Shown: positions 1 through 10,423, counted from the first letter of the stretch. The stretch: DNA of 64,000 nucleotides from a virus (IMGVR_UViG_3300009034_000003); one strand, 5' to 3'. A program made the numbers and translations. Notes: generated from the sequence alone by a model not told the origin.

Positions 1-1
1 C

Positions 2-409
2 ATGGTAAAGGATGTCGAAAGTATCCGTCAAGTTAGAGGTAGAAAGCTAACCAAGACCTCGTTGGCGGACTTGTATACAGGAGTAGAGCTGGATAGACTG
101 CCCGTAGGCGAGATCTTTATACCACCCGGTATCGAAGAAGCATTGAAAGAGTTGTTAGGCGATAATCTCAGGTTCAGTTCGAACGTACTACTTCCCGGAA
201 CGAAGGCGATTCGTTATATTGGAACTGCGTGGGGAGCTGACTACTACGTGAGCGATGAAGTGCCCGAGAGGCATATTTTTGCAGTTACTACTCCAGGACT
301 TTTTCCAAAAGCACTAACAAAGGGACGCGGTGTTGCTAAGCTCGTGCTTTCAAATACTGTCTCAAGGTACGATGTAATAGAAATCGATGGGAGAGAAGAT
401 GAGTGCTAG
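2..409 (+). CDS. hypothetical protein (5'-truncated at window edge)
   Basis: Open frame running in from the window start; 135 aa; no recognisable motif. Confidence 0.4.
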   Translation: MVKDVESIRQVRGRKLTKTSLADLYTGVELDRLPVGEIFIPPGIEEALKELLGDNLRFSSNVLLPGTKAIRYIGTAWGADYYVSDEVPERHIFAVTTPGLFPKALTKGRGVAKLVLSNTVSRYDVIEIDGREDEC

Positions 410-605
410 ACTATATTCGCGCGTGATAACAAGGTGCATCGATTGTCCTAATGCGAGTCATCGAGCGCATTGGAAAGGTCGAGGTACTACTTGGGGTTGT
501 ACTTTTGACGAAAGGTTTGAGATAGATACTACGGAACCAATACCTGCACGATGTCCTCTACCGAAGTGCAGCGAGGACGGAGAACCGATTGATATATGTG
601 CTTAG
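387..605 (+). CDS. small Cys/His-rich zinc-finger-like protein
   Basis: 72 aa ORF with CIDCP...H...H...GC and CPLPKC clusters; overlaps upstream stop. Confidence 0.35.
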   Translation: MGEKMSARLYSRVITRCIDCPNASHRAHWKGRGTTWGCTFDERFEIDTTEPIPARCPLPKCSEDGEPIDICA

Positions 606-616
606 CCAGGTATAAT
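589..616 (+). promoter_or_regulatory. sigma70-like promoter candidate (TTGATA-16-TATAAT) reading into repeat array A
   Basis: ttgata at 589-594, perfect tataat at 611-616; immediately upstream of the tandem array. Confidence 0.3.
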
Positions 617-1035
617 TTGTGAATCATCTGTCAAGTGCGAAGCCAAACGTGCCCTGAGAACCACGGCAGCGGTGCATAGCCACAACATGCCTGAGAACCT
701 AAGCCAATGTATAGCCGATACGCCGATGAGAACCTTATTATACGTGTGTAAGTCAAAGGGAGGTTGTGAACCATATAGTTTATACGAAGCCTCATTGTTG
801 GTGGGAGCCACATAAAACATGCATAGCCAGATATTACCTGTGAACCACCTGCGCTGTGCAAAGCCAAGACGCTCCTGGGAACCTTATTGAACGTGCGTAG
901 CCACGATGTTTCTGAGAACCGCTTCAACCATACGTAGCCAAGTATGATATGAGAACCGCCCGTTTGATGCATAGCCACATGTACGTCGAGAACCGAAATA
1001 TGAGTGCGCAGCCGAACCACCTTTGTGAACCGAAG
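616..1035. repeat. tandem array A (~11 units) of 36-37 bp degenerate repeat [TGnGAACC-N10-TGCGTAGCC-N10]
   Basis: Directly visible periodic alternation of ...tgagaacc... and ...tgcatagcc / tgcgtagcc / tgcgaagcc... with unconserved 9-10 nt between. Confidence 0.9.
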
Positions 1036-1076
1036 AGTAACTGCACTCGTAACCCGGAAGGAGGTGAACGAATACA

Positions 1077-1304
1077 ATGAAAGCTCTAACAATAGGCGGA
1101 ATTGGTATTTTCTTCTTGGTAGTAGTCGGAGCTGCACTCTTCCTATTACCGCTTCTTACTCAGTACGTCTGGAGCAAGGTTGTGCCTGCGGTTATCCCAG
1201 GTATAGTTGAAAAGGGATATGTTGCGGGTACTATATCGTACTGGGTCGCATTTTGGATGGGCCTTGCTCCAGTAGGAGGAATCGCTTTCAAACTAGGTAC
1301 TTAG
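1077..1304 (+). CDS. small membrane protein (2 predicted TM helices)
   Basis: 75 aa; two long hydrophobic stretches (IGGIGIFFLVVVGAALFLLPLL and WVAFWMGLAPVGGIAF); flanked by repeat arrays. Confidence 0.5.
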   Translation: MKALTIGGIGIFFLVVVGAALFLLPLLTQYVWSKVVPAVIPGIVEKGYVAGTISYWVAFWMGLAPVGGIAFKLGT

Positions 1305-1305
1305 T

Positions 1306-1850
1306 GCGTAGCCAAACCGCCTTTGTGAACCTATTCCGATTTGCATAGCCATAGCACATCTGGGAATCGCATTGTGATTGCACTAGTCACGTGGACACTG
1401 AGAACCAAAATAGTAATACGTAGCCAAGAGCCTTATGAGAATCGTTATTTCATTGCGCAACCAAAGTACGTGTGAGAACCAGACGCAAGGTGCACAGTCT
1501 GGTATAGTATGAGATCCTACGCTAGCTTGCGTAAGCCAGTTGACATGTGAGAATCACGACAGAAGTGCAAAGCCGGTACTAGGTTGTGAGCCATATAACG
1601 TATGCGAAACCAAACTGGACTTGAGACCCAAATGATCCATGCACAGCCAACAAAAAAATGAGAACCATGTCAAGGCTGCGAAGCCGCAATGAAGGTGAGA
1701 ATCGAAGCACCTCTGCGCAATTCGGACTACGTATGAGAACCAAATAGTCAATGTGAAACCAGATAGTCAATGTGAACCAAAAGTATTACGCTAGCCACAT
1801 AGCGATTGAGAACCACACAGCTTATGTGCAGAGAGCTTTATAGCAAAAGG
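1306..1850. repeat. tandem array B (~15 units) of same 36-37 bp repeat
   Basis: Same alternating TGAGAACC / TGCGTAGCC cores with 36-37 bp period. Confidence 0.9.
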
Positions 1851-1860
1851 AGGTAGCGAA

Positions 1861-2271
1861 GTGGAAGATGACTTGGAACGACTAAAGGCCATTGCAAAGA
1901 AAGTGCCAGATATAACTGAAACCTATGCGTACAGATCATACATCGAGAACTACGGGTCATATAGTAAGCGCAAGGTAGCCAGGTACGATGGCGAGGGGTG
2001 GTTTATCAGTACTGCACTTGTGCACGATCACGAAGGTCCTCAGCACGAGACAGCTATAGTACATCCAGAGTATAATGGGGGCTATCATGTCATAGTTGAG
2101 ACCTATCCTACGAAGGAAGAAGCCGAAGAAGGACATAAAAGATGGGTAGAGGTGATGACTGCTGATAAGCTTCCTGAAGAGCTGGTGGATGTTCTTTGGT
2201 CTCCTACGAAACATGTACGAGGACAAGGAGATCTTTTGAGCAAGCTTATCCGAGACCTGCAGGATATGTAA
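1861..2271 (+). CDS. hypothetical protein
   Basis: 136 aa ORF with upstream aaaggagg RBS and GTG start; no recognised domain. Confidence 0.5.
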   Translation: MEDDLERLKAIAKKVPDITETYAYRSYIENYGSYSKRKVARYDGEGWFISTALVHDHEGPQHETAIVHPEYNGGYHVIVETYPTKEEAEEGHKRWVEVMTADKLPEELVDVLWSPTKHVRGQGDLLSKLIRDLQDM

Positions 2272-2277
2272 GAGCTA

Positions 2278-4130
2278 CGAAGAGCAGAATAAAGCCAGCA
2301 TAAAAATGAGAGCCACGCCGCTTTTGCTGTAGCCATATAGATTCTGAGAACCGTAAGAATGATGCACAGCCGCATATACCATAGGGAACCAGAATGAGAT
2401 TGCGTAGCCACGATGAGGGTGAGAACTCAGCGGAACGTGTGTAGCCATAAGTTGCATGAGAGCCGCTCGGTCAATGCATAGCTAACAGTGGGTTGAGAAC
2501 CGTACGTTATATGCGAAGCCAGATAGTCAATTTGAACCAAAAGTGCCTTGCGGAACCACGTGACGATTGGGAACCTCGCCTAGTATGTGTAAGCCAAGAT
2601 ATAATTGAGAGTCATGTATTATATGCGAAGCCAGATAACAATTGAGAACTACAAGAATGATGTACAGCCTTAGTGGTCTTGAGAACTAAGTACGAAATGT
2701 GTAGCCAGTCAACACTTGAGAACCTTGATAGCGATGCAAAGCCGTAGCTATTTTGAGAACCATATATCACATGCGAAACCAAGTAGCACATGCGAACCAC
2801 ACTTATGTTGTGTTAGTCAAGGGAGTATGTGACCCATTTACCTATTGTGTAGCCGGAATCCCTGTGAGAATCGTGTTGAATCTGCGAAAGCCACCTTGAC
2901 AGTGAGAACCGTGAAGTCCATGTGTACCTAGCCAAGCGCTACATGAGAACCGCTACGCTACTGCGTAACCATAGTTGAGTTGAGAACCAGAGGTATTGTA
3001 TAGCCGCCTGTATGCTGAGAACTGAGAAGGAATTGTGAAGCCACAGCATGAGTGAGAACCCAAAGCGTACTGCGTAACACACTGCCAATGAGAACCGTAT
3101 AATCTTTGCGTAGCCGAGTGTCTCTTGAGACCCGATATAAGAATGCAAAGCCAAGCTTCGAGTGAGAACCAGAATGTGGATGCGCTCAGCCTCATTTTGA
3201 TTGGGAACCAAGTATATAGTGCATAACCATTTTTGCTATGAGAACCGCATAGCCACTGTACAGCCGAAATCAAACTGAGAACCATTTGCTATGTGCGCAG
3301 CCAACGAAATTTGAGAACTATGAGGTATATGCATAGCCAGCAAGAGAATGAGATTCAAATCAGTTTTGCGTAGTCGCAATCGCACTGAGAACCATGTCGT
3401 TGGTGCGTTATCAGCCTCGATCAAGTTGAGAACCTTAGAACCAATGTGAAATCAGCAGAAAGGTGTGATCCAAGCCGGCCTTGTATAAGCCGTATGCAGT
3501 TTGGGAACCGTGAATATAGTGCGTAGTTGCCTACTCAATGAGAATCATGTTATATTTGCGTTAGCCGGAAGCTCCTTTAAGAACCGCGAGTAGGATGCGT
3601 AGTCACATATCCAGTGAGAACCGCCCGTCCTTTGCGTTAGCCACAAATGCCATGTGAGCCAGTATGTTCTTGCGAAGCCGACAGCTTAATGTGAGCCGTG
3701 TGCCATGTGCTTGTAGCCGTGGCCTGTCTGAGAACCGATATGTTCGTGCGTAGCCGTGCAGTGAATGTGAACCGAAATGCGCCTGTAGAGCCTAAAGAAT
3801 TGTGAGAGCCAGCACAGAGGTGCGTAGCCACCTTATCTATGAGAACCATATAGCCACTGCATAGCCTTTAACATGTTGAGAACCATAACGTGAATGTACA
3901 GCCGTATAAGTATTGTGAACCTTGGTATTATTTGCAAAACCATGTATTGAGTGTGAATCCTATGCCATATGTGAAGCCAGAATTTAAGTGGGAACCGTGT
4001 CAAGCACGCAAAGCCCAAAGAGATTAGAGAACCTTATCATTTGTGCGTAGCCAATATCGATATGAGAACCTAAGAACACTTGTGGAGCCGAGATTTACGT
4101 GAGAACCATATTTTACGTGCATAGTGAACA
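2278..4130. repeat. tandem array C (~50 units, 1.85 kb) of same 36-37 bp repeat; largest block
   Basis: Uninterrupted periodic TGnGAACC / TGCGTAGCC cores. No + strand ORF; minus-strand ORFs are stop-free artefacts. Confidence 0.9.
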
Positions 4131-4142
4131 GGAGACTAGCTT

Positions 4143-4373
4143 ATGATCTACTATATCGAAGACGAAGACGGTTCTTTGACTGTTGGCCTAAGTAGAACAG
4201 AGTGGATATGGCGTGACGGTGAACTTCATCCTTGCGATGAGGAAGTTATACAAGGAGATGGGGATATTATTGTTGGAACGATTGGCCCCGAGTTGTACAA
4301 AGATGCAGAGCATGCAAAGGTAATAATAGATGAGATCAAAGCCCGTTTACGCGCATCAAATTATAGTAGATGA
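4143..4373 (+). CDS. hypothetical protein
   Basis: 76 aa ORF directly after array C. Confidence 0.45.
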   Translation: MIYYIEDEDGSLTVGLSRTEWIWRDGELHPCDEEVIQGDGDIIVGTIGPELYKDAEHAKVIIDEIKARLRASNYSR

Positions 4374-4722
4374 GTCATATAAAGCTAGAGTTACGGCTGA
4401 GGTTGGACGCTGGAACGCGGCTGGGAAACCTGTCCCTTCTTGGGAGGAGCTAGATGAGATAGCCAGTTTCCTGGGCGAGGCTAGGGCCAGTGGGGAGCTT
4501 TCTGCCGCAATGAAGAAGATTCAGCTGCCGCCTGGGATCGGCGTAATCGAATTTTCTAAGGATCTTGTTATGGTTTACTGGGAGGGGGACCCGATAGCGC
4601 ATGCGCTCATTAACGCTGGTATCGAAGATCTCCCCGTGCTATTGGCAGACGAGAACATAAATATCAGAGAACTTGCAAAACTGAAACTTGATATGTTACT
4701 AGCTAAAGGAGGTGATGCTTAG
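4330..4722 (+). CDS. HEAT-tail family protein (C-terminal DLPVLLADENINIRELAKLKL)
   Basis: C-terminal single HEAT/PBS-lyase-like repeat shared with ~24 paralogs in the window. Confidence 0.55.
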   Translation: MRSKPVYAHQIIVDESYKARVTAEVGRWNAAGKPVPSWEELDEIASFLGEARASGELSAAMKKIQLPPGIGVIEFSKDLVMVYWEGDPIAHALINAGIEDLPVLLADENINIRELAKLKLDMLLAKGGDA

Positions 4723-4971
4723 ATGACACGCGATGAACTTGTAGATTGTTTGAGGGGTAAAGAAGGCAAACCCATCTCGATACAGCACAAAGGCGGTACG
4801 ATTATGGGTAACTTTGAGTATCTCATATGGGATAGCACAGTCCCTGTAATAAAAGGTGTAAAGATAGATACCTGCGATACGACTTTCAATCCAGACGATA
4901 TCATTGAGATCAAGGATGCACCTATGTACCTAGAGGCTCTTAAGATAATGCGTAAGCTAAATGACTCCTAG
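4723..4971 (+). CDS. hypothetical protein
   Basis: 82 aa ORF with aaaggaggtga RBS. Confidence 0.5.
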   Translation: MTRDELVDCLRGKEGKPISIQHKGGTIMGNFEYLIWDSTVPVIKGVKIDTCDTTFNPDDIIEIKDAPMYLEALKIMRKLNDS

Positions 4972-4993
4972 TATTTTTTCATGACATTTATAG

Positions 4994-5019
4994 AAGATAT
5001 TCATAAAATTATAATGAAG
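4994..5019 (+). promoter_or_regulatory. conserved promoter-like motif (ATGACA-17-TAAAAT + ATAATGAAG) immediately upstream of array D
   Basis: Sequence tcatgacatttatagaagatattcataaaattataatgaag matches the motif seen at 9 other sites. Confidence 0.5.
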
Positions 5020-5027
5020 TCATAGCA

Positions 5028-5595
5028 TTTATGTGAACCTTGGCACGATTGCTTCAGCCTTAATATAAGCGAGATCCGTGATCACAGTGTGACAACCAGA
5101 ATTCCTGTGAGAACCATGTTAGATGTGTAAAGCCGCGCTATCCATGTAGAACCTTGGTATAATTGCACAAGCCATTATATAACTGGGAACCTATATAAAA
5201 GTGTGCAGTCGGAACCTAGCTGCGAACCAAACCTGTTGTACGTGCCAGGCATATATTGAGAACCGTATGAATATGCGTTACCGAGCCGTTAGAGCATTGG
5301 GAACCGTGCTGCGTATGCGAAGCCTCATTTCCGTGTGGGAACCTAATGTCAAGTGCGTAACCGCATTATAACTGGGAACCTGAATTTGTATGCGAAGCCA
5401 AACCTGCAGTGTGAATCATGTGTCTTCTGCGTAACCCTTTACGTATTGAGAACCGTGTATAATATGTTAAGCCGTATGTAAAATGAGAATCATGTGTAAT
5501 ATGCCAAGTCATTTATACCTTGTGAGCCCTATACTATATGTAGTCGCAAGCCGGATGAGAACCTTATAAGGAATACGGAGTCCTGCAGATAATGG
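5028..5595. repeat. tandem array D (~15 units) of same repeat
   Basis: Alternating tgtgaacc / tgcgaagcc-like cores with 36-37 bp period. Confidence 0.9.
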
Positions 5596-5900
5596 GAACC
5601 GAAGAGCCTTTGCAAATGGAAAACAAATCCCTTGACCTCATTTTCATTGATGGTAAGCACGATATCGACTGGCATAAAAGCTGCTTTGGCCATGGGTACA
5701 GCGACACCGCTTCCAGGTGTCTTAGGTGTTTGCGAATAGACGTATGTGTACTTGTGTCACTAGATAATGTTCTAGCCGAAGTCGATTCTGTTACTTTGCC
5801 GGAGCAATTGCCAGGGTATCTAGCAAGTGGATTTGAAGCGGTGAGGGAAAAAGCCACAGAGAAGCTCGAACAACTCAAGAGGTCTGCGGCGGAGGAATAA
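5592..5900 (+). CDS. HEAT-tail family protein (C-terminal EQLPGYLASGFEAVREKATEKLEQL)
   Basis: C-terminal HEAT-like motif; start codon lies in the last repeat unit (ATGGGAACC). Confidence 0.5.
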   Translation: MGTEEPLQMENKSLDLIFIDGKHDIDWHKSCFGHGYSDTASRCLRCLRIDVCVLVSLDNVLAEVDSVTLPEQLPGYLASGFEAVREKATEKLEQLKRSAAEE

Positions 5901-5908
5901 AAGTAAGA

Positions 5909-6208
5909 GTGAAAGAAGAAACAAAAGACAAGATATTAGTCATCCAGGCGTTGGTAGCCATAAAGGGGAGAGCTTCGGAGGTCTACGAAATTGTAAATAG
6001 TTCGGGCTGGGATGCTTTGGACCGGATATCAAAGGAAATGGCTAAACCTGACTCAGAACTTACAGTTGAGGATTGGAGAGCCTTTTTTGACGAGCACATG
6101 GTGCGTCTTAACGATCTCTATAGTAAAATGAACCATTTTGATAGTGTAATTGAGAGGATGACAGAGGAGGTACTAGCGGAAACGGGGTTTGTACCGGGGG
6201 AGGAATAG
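5909..6208 (+). CDS. hypothetical protein
   Basis: 99 aa ORF, closely packed with its neighbours. Confidence 0.45.
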   Translation: MKEETKDKILVIQALVAIKGRASEVYEIVNSSGWDALDRISKEMAKPDSELTVEDWRAFFDEHMVRLNDLYSKMNHFDSVIERMTEEVLAETGFVPGEE

Positions 6209-6220
6209 CTTGTATGGGAC

Positions 6221-6448
6221 ATGTATTTATATCATATGTACGAGGAGATAGTTCTAGCGATTGACCGCCTTAGACAAATGCGTCATGACATAGTGTGGTT
6301 TATCCCGGTGTTACTTTCGGGTAGTGTGCCCTCCATAAGAATAGGCGGAGGGCAGAATCTGCGTGACCTGCAATACGCGGATCTACAAAACGAACGGGAG
6401 AGAGACACATATCGGATACTACAATGGATGAAGCAGAATGCAAGTTAG
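6221..6448 (+). CDS. hypothetical protein
   Basis: 75 aa ORF. Confidence 0.35.
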   Translation: MYLYHMYEEIVLAIDRLRQMRHDIVWFIPVLLSGSVPSIRIGGGQNLRDLQYADLQNERERDTYRILQWMKQNAS

Positions 6449-6684
6449 CCACTTATCTTGGTTTTAACTTTACTATATGGCAGTTGTTGGAGCTCTGGGA
6501 ACAGGTAGATAAAAATATGCTATCTGCTGATGAACTTGGAATAGCTGGCTATTTAGTATATGTATGTGGTGTCGACAGGGTGTTTCATGTACTTTCGAAA
6601 GACTTAATTCCAAAGCTCACAAGTGAGTATCCTGACGAACAGGAGGAGGCCCTAAAGCAGATGGAAGAAATGGGCTTTATCTAG
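6424..6684 (+). CDS. hypothetical protein
   Basis: 86 aa ORF. Confidence 0.4.
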   Translation: MDEAECKLATYLGFNFTIWQLLELWEQVDKNMLSADELGIAGYLVYVCGVDRVFHVLSKDLIPKLTSEYPDEQEEALKQMEEMGFI

Positions 6685-6687
6685 GAG

Positions 6688-6879
6688 GTGTACAAAGTGG
6701 AAGCGGCAATATCGGCAATGATGCTCCTTATATCTTTAGGTTCTATTTTCTTGAACGTGGTCCTAGTGAATCAGAGAGATTATCATAGGTCCGGAGAGCA
6801 GACAGCGGAGACTGAAACTAAGTACTGGAAGGGTTTAGCTCTGCTTTATGAGAGGGAGCTTCGTGAAGCTAGGCAATGA
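6688..6879 (+). CDS. small membrane protein
   Basis: 63 aa; N-terminal hydrophobic helix; ggaggtg RBS. Confidence 0.4.
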   Translation: MYKVEAAISAMMLLISLGSIFLNVVLVNQRDYHRSGEQTAETETKYWKGLALLYERELREARQ

Positions 6880-6935
6880 GTTGTGCGCAGCCTTTTTAAT
6901 TTTCTGCCAGATTTATCGATGTATCATATAATAAA

Positions 6936-7211
6936 GTGAAAGGGGGTATGATGGTACAGGCGATTTATGGGTTTTTGAGTCCCGCTTCCGGTGCAACAGT
7001 AGAACCTCTAAGGGACAAGGTGTCCTTTGAGATCTTGGTGCAAAGGACAAATTTAGCGACTTGGGAGCACAAAGGTTGTTCTAAGTGTACAAATCACAAT
7101 GACATCATCGTGATGAGTATCGATAAGAAGCCCGTTTTTTACGACTGTCCCTGTGGGCACAGGTGGCTTACGGGACAGAAAAATTCGCCACAGTCTCAAA
7201 CAAAGGAGTGA
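6936..7211 (+). CDS. zinc-ribbon protein
   Basis: CSKC...CPCGH motif. Confidence 0.4.
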   Translation: MKGGMMVQAIYGFLSPASGATVEPLRDKVSFEILVQRTNLATWEHKGCSKCTNHNDIIVMSIDKKPVFYDCPCGHRWLTGQKNSPQSQTKE

Positions 7212-7217
7212 AACTAC

Positions 7218-9560
7218 ATGGAGGAAACGAGAGAGGAAGCGGGATTTAGTATCCCGCTTCAGAAGATCAACTTTGATGCAAGCATCACTGGGATGTTTGC
7301 GCAGGTAAGCTGCGAACAGGAATTTGAGAATCAGAACGATGTTCCTGTTGAAGCAGTTTACGTATTTCCGTTGCCAGAGGACGCGTCGGTAGCGGGATGT
7401 GAAATAGTTATAGGTGACAAGAGAATAGAGGCGGAGCTAAAGGAGAAGGAGCAAGCCAAAAAAGAGTACGACGACGCAGTGGCTGCTGGTCATCACGCCG
7501 GTCTCTTAGAACAGCGAAGAGCAAATATCTTCGCAATTAACGTAGGCGGTATAGAGCCTGGTGAGAACATCAAGGTAGTTATCGTCTACAACCAGCGAGT
7601 CCCTTGGCAGGACAGCGGCGGAAGGTTCACTATTCCGTTGGTGGTAGCTCCTCGATTCATTCCAGGAGAGCCAAGTGGTTCTAAGACTGGAGAAGGCTGG
7701 GCAGAGGATACCGATGAAGTGCCCGACGCATCCCAGATCACACCAGTAGTAGCAAGGGAAGGTGTTAGCTATACCGCTGACATCGCTGTGACCTTGTCTC
7801 CAGGGTTCAAGTGTCAGGTCAGTAGTCCTAGCCATGAGATGGTAGAGAGCCTTGTCAAGGAGAATTCAGGAAAAAAGACAAGGTACGACATCATTGATTT
7901 GGAGATCGATACTCCTACTAAGCCAATCACGATTGAGGTCAAGGACCTAGTGCCGGATCGCGACTTCATTGTGAGCTACCAGACAAAGTCGACTCAGATT
8001 GGAACTGGAGTACATAGGGGAAGCTTCGAAGGCGAGGCGTACGTCACCATTGACGTCATCCCTCCTGGTGCCGCTTCACCTAAGCCCAAAGATGTTATTT
8101 TCTGTTTGGATACTTCCGGTAGTATGGGCGGACCTAAGCTGGACGGATTGAAGGTTGTAGCTGAGAAGGTCGCCAAGCGCCTATCCGAACAGAATAAAGA
8201 GACTCGGATAGGGATAGTGGCCTTTGCGAGTGAGGTCCATCCGCTCCGGCCATTATCCGGAGTTTCCGAAGCTACTTACAAGGAAATTCAGGGATTAGAA
8301 TCAGGCGGCGGTACATACGCTGGCAAGGCGCTTAATCACTGTTTCCAGCAGCTAGCAGCGGGAAGTAACAGAGAGAAGTACATCTTGCTCGTTAGCGATG
8401 GTCAGACGCAAGATAAGTGGTCGAGCGCAGTACCTGGCATTCGGGTTGTTTCTGTAGGTATAGGCACAGCAACAAACATGGCCTACTTGAAGGAAATAGC
8501 TCGAGAGACCAAAGGCGTAAGCCTCGCTGTTTATCCAGGCGAGGATTATGACACTGTAGCAAGTACTTTAGCTGGGTATCTCGCGGGTCCAGTGCTCACG
8601 GATATCGAGGTGACCGTAGATGGTAAGGCACTGGCTGATGTCCTGGGGATCACCGATGTCTATGCATCGATGCCTGCTTCTCTTGCTCTGAGGATAACTG
8701 AGCCAGAGGTAAATTGGCCAGAGAATATTCAGCTAGTCGGTATGGACAGTAAGGGAAAGAAGTCGGTGCTCGTCCTCGATATGAAAGATGTCGGTGAATG
8801 TCTCTTCGCTCATCAGATCTGGGCCAAAGAGAAGCTACGCGACCGGGATCTTTCTGCTGAGGACATTGTCGCACTCAGTTTGAAGTTCGGTGTCCTTTGC
8901 AGTGCAACGGCATTTGTTGCAGTGCATCTAAAGGACGTGCCTGGAGCCAAGCCGGAGCGGATAGCGATTCCGGTGGATTTACCTCACACCTGGGATTACG
9001 AAAGGATATTCGGTGAAGAGGTACCGGTTGGAGGAGTTATTTCCGGTCGGCGCATTCGTGGTCTAGTTTCGGGCGTCTACGCGTCCCGTGCGCTAGGGGA
9101 ATCGAGTGACGGGTACAGGCCGCCCGGTGTGTATCCTGAGAAGATGATGGAGTCGTTGTTGGATCTTGGCGAACCATCGACATCCGCTAGTAGTTCTTCC
9201 AGTACATCCACTTCGGGCCCAGAATACAAGACGCGTGCCCCAGAAGTAAAAGCGATCCACGCTCAAGTCGTGGATGCGCTTGAGAATTTTGTCGATGAAC
9301 TCGAGCAGGATTCTATAGAGAGGGCCGCTGCAGTTGTACTCTGGGAGTCTTTGAAAAAGCAGATAACTAGGGAGAGCGTGGCTTTTTGGCCTGCCGATCA
9401 AAAATCACGGGCGTTCTACCTTCTCCTTAAGCTGCGAGCCTTCGGGTTTCATGGGGCAAAGGATGTCTTGAAGTTGCTTTCTATAGAGCCCAGTTCATTA
9501 GATCCCCTTGCCCATGGATGGTGGGAAAAGGCGCAACTGATCCTGGGAGTAGCAGTGTGA
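7218..9560 (+). CDS. VIT domain + von Willebrand factor A (vWA) domain protein
   Basis: N-terminal VIT-like block (YVFPLPEDASVAGCEIVIGDKRIEAELKEKEQAKKEYDDAVAAG...IFAINVGGIEPGENIKVVIVY); central vWA with MIDAS motif DTSGS (VIFCLDTSGSMGG...ILLVSDGQ). Confidence 0.75.
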   Translation: MEETREEAGFSIPLQKINFDASITGMFAQVSCEQEFENQNDVPVEAVYVFPLPEDASVAGCEIVIGDKRIEAELKEKEQAKKEYDDAVAAGHHAGLLEQRRANIFAINVGGIEPGENIKVVIVYNQRVPWQDSGGRFTIPLVVAPRFIPGEPSGSKTGEGWAEDTDEVPDASQITPVVAREGVSYTADIAVTLSPGFKCQVSSPSHEMVESLVKENSGKKTRYDIIDLEIDTPTKPITIEVKDLVPDRDFIVSYQTKSTQIGTGVHRGSFEGEAYVTIDVIPPGAASPKPKDVIFCLDTSGSMGGPKLDGLKVVAEKVAKRLSEQNKETRIGIVAFASEVHPLRPLSGVSEATYKEIQGLESGGGTYAGKALNHCFQQLAAGSNREKYILLVSDGQTQDKWSSAVPGIRVVSVGIGTATNMAYLKEIARETKGVSLAVYPGEDYDTVASTLAGYLAGPVLTDIEVTVDGKALADVLGITDVYASMPASLALRITEPEVNWPENIQLVGMDSKGKKSVLVLDMKDVGECLFAHQIWAKEKLRDRDLSAEDIVALSLKFGVLCSATAFVAVHLKDVPGAKPERIAIPVDLPHTWDYERIFGEEVPVGGVISGRRIRGLVSGVYASRALGESSDGYRPPGVYPEKMMESLLDLGEPSTSASSSSSTSTSGPEYKTRAPEVKAIHAQVVDALENFVDELEQDSIERAAAVVLWESLKKQITRESVAFWPADQKSRAFYLLLKLRAFGFHGAKDVLKLLSIEPSSLDPLAHGWWEKAQLILGVAV

Positions 9561-9629
9561 GTTGTCCATTAGCCGCTCCGCTCGTGCATCATGGGATATA
9601 TCATGTGTTTCATGGTGCACGAGACCCTT

Positions 9630-9685
9630 TTGAGTTTCATGAGTCATATGACTCATATGACTCATATGACTCATGAAACGCCCCG
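9630..9685. promoter_or_regulatory. near-palindromic element containing 4 tandem copies of TGACTCATA (operator-like)
   Basis: The sequence gtttcatgagtcatatgactcatatgactcatatgactcatgaaac is visible directly. Confidence 0.4.
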
Positions 9686-9727
9686 GAGACGGTGTTTTCA
9701 TAGAGAAGCGCACCTGGGAGGGTTCGT

Positions 9728-10111
9728 ATGACACCTGGATTTGATGCCAATAAACTAGGCCGTGAAGATATATTAGAACTGACGGCGCTGTATTTTCAAG
9801 GTCAACATCCTCTACTGATTCGCAAACGTGGCTGGGTGGTCCGTAATTTTCCATCGGCGATGAATCAGGACCTTGGACTCACGAAGGTCAATTGGCGGTA
9901 CGATTATGGGGTTCGGCTTACGTTACGCGCTTTACGTTTATTGAAGAAAGATTCTATTAGGGTGGAATTGGCTAATCTATGCTGCTTGCATAAATACTCG
10001 GGAAAGGCGTCTTTGTGGATACGAAATGTGAGTAAGGAATTCTTACCTCAGTTCCTTGTATCTCCTTACGAAGTGCTGAGATCTGCGGCTAGCCGGAGTC
10101 TTAAGGATTAG
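9728..10111 (+). CDS. HEAT-tail family protein
   Basis: C-terminal EFLPQFLVSPYEVLRSAASRSL. Confidence 0.45.
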   Translation: MTPGFDANKLGREDILELTALYFQGQHPLLIRKRGWVVRNFPSAMNQDLGLTKVNWRYDYGVRLTLRALRLLKKDSIRVELANLCCLHKYSGKASLWIRNVSKEFLPQFLVSPYEVLRSAASRSLKD

Positions 10112-10264
10112 ATCTTACCACGTATCAATATCCTGGCTTTCCATGCCGTCCAGGTTCAAAACCCATGTCGACATATGTCTATATATGTCAACGTACCTAT
10201 ACCCGTCTCTATATATCTCCACCTACATCCATCCAATTGCCTCACCCTCCTTTTCTTTATGACA

Positions 10265-10297
10265 TTTGTAGAGGATGTTCATAAAATATAACGAAGC
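10265..10297 (+). promoter_or_regulatory. conserved promoter-like motif (ATGACA-17-TAAAAT + ATAACGAAG) immediately upstream of array E
   Basis: Sequence ttatgacatttgtagaggatgttcataaaatataacgaag; near-identical over about 40 nt to the copy at 4981-5019. Confidence 0.5.
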
Positions 10298-10299
10298 CA

Positions 10300-10412
10300 T
10301 AAATTACCTGAGAACCGCACAGAAAGTGTAAAGCCATGTATGGTTTGAGAACCAATATTGCCAATGCGAAAGCCGTCTGGTTAATGAGAACCGTATGCTG
10401 CGTGTGATCTGG
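10300..10412. repeat. tandem array E (3 units)
   Basis: Sequence tgagaacc...tgtaaagcc...tgagaacc...tgcgaaagcc...tgagaacc. Confidence 0.8.
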
Positions 10413-10423
10413 GAGAAGGTCCG

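Noticed and set aside
631-4018. Many minus-strand ORFs of 60-170 aa inside the tandem arrays (e.g. 631-1137, 2939-3285, 3637-4018, and similar at 13721-14491, 14737-15957, 17951-18822), with periodic GSQ/YGS/LRT peptide repeats
   Set aside because: These are artefacts of the repeat. The reverse complements of both cores (GGTTCTCA, GGCTACGCA) contain no stop codon in any frame, so all minus frames stay open. Frames drift with 36/37-bp unit length. There is no RBS or promoter on the minus strand, and all real genes are on the + strand.
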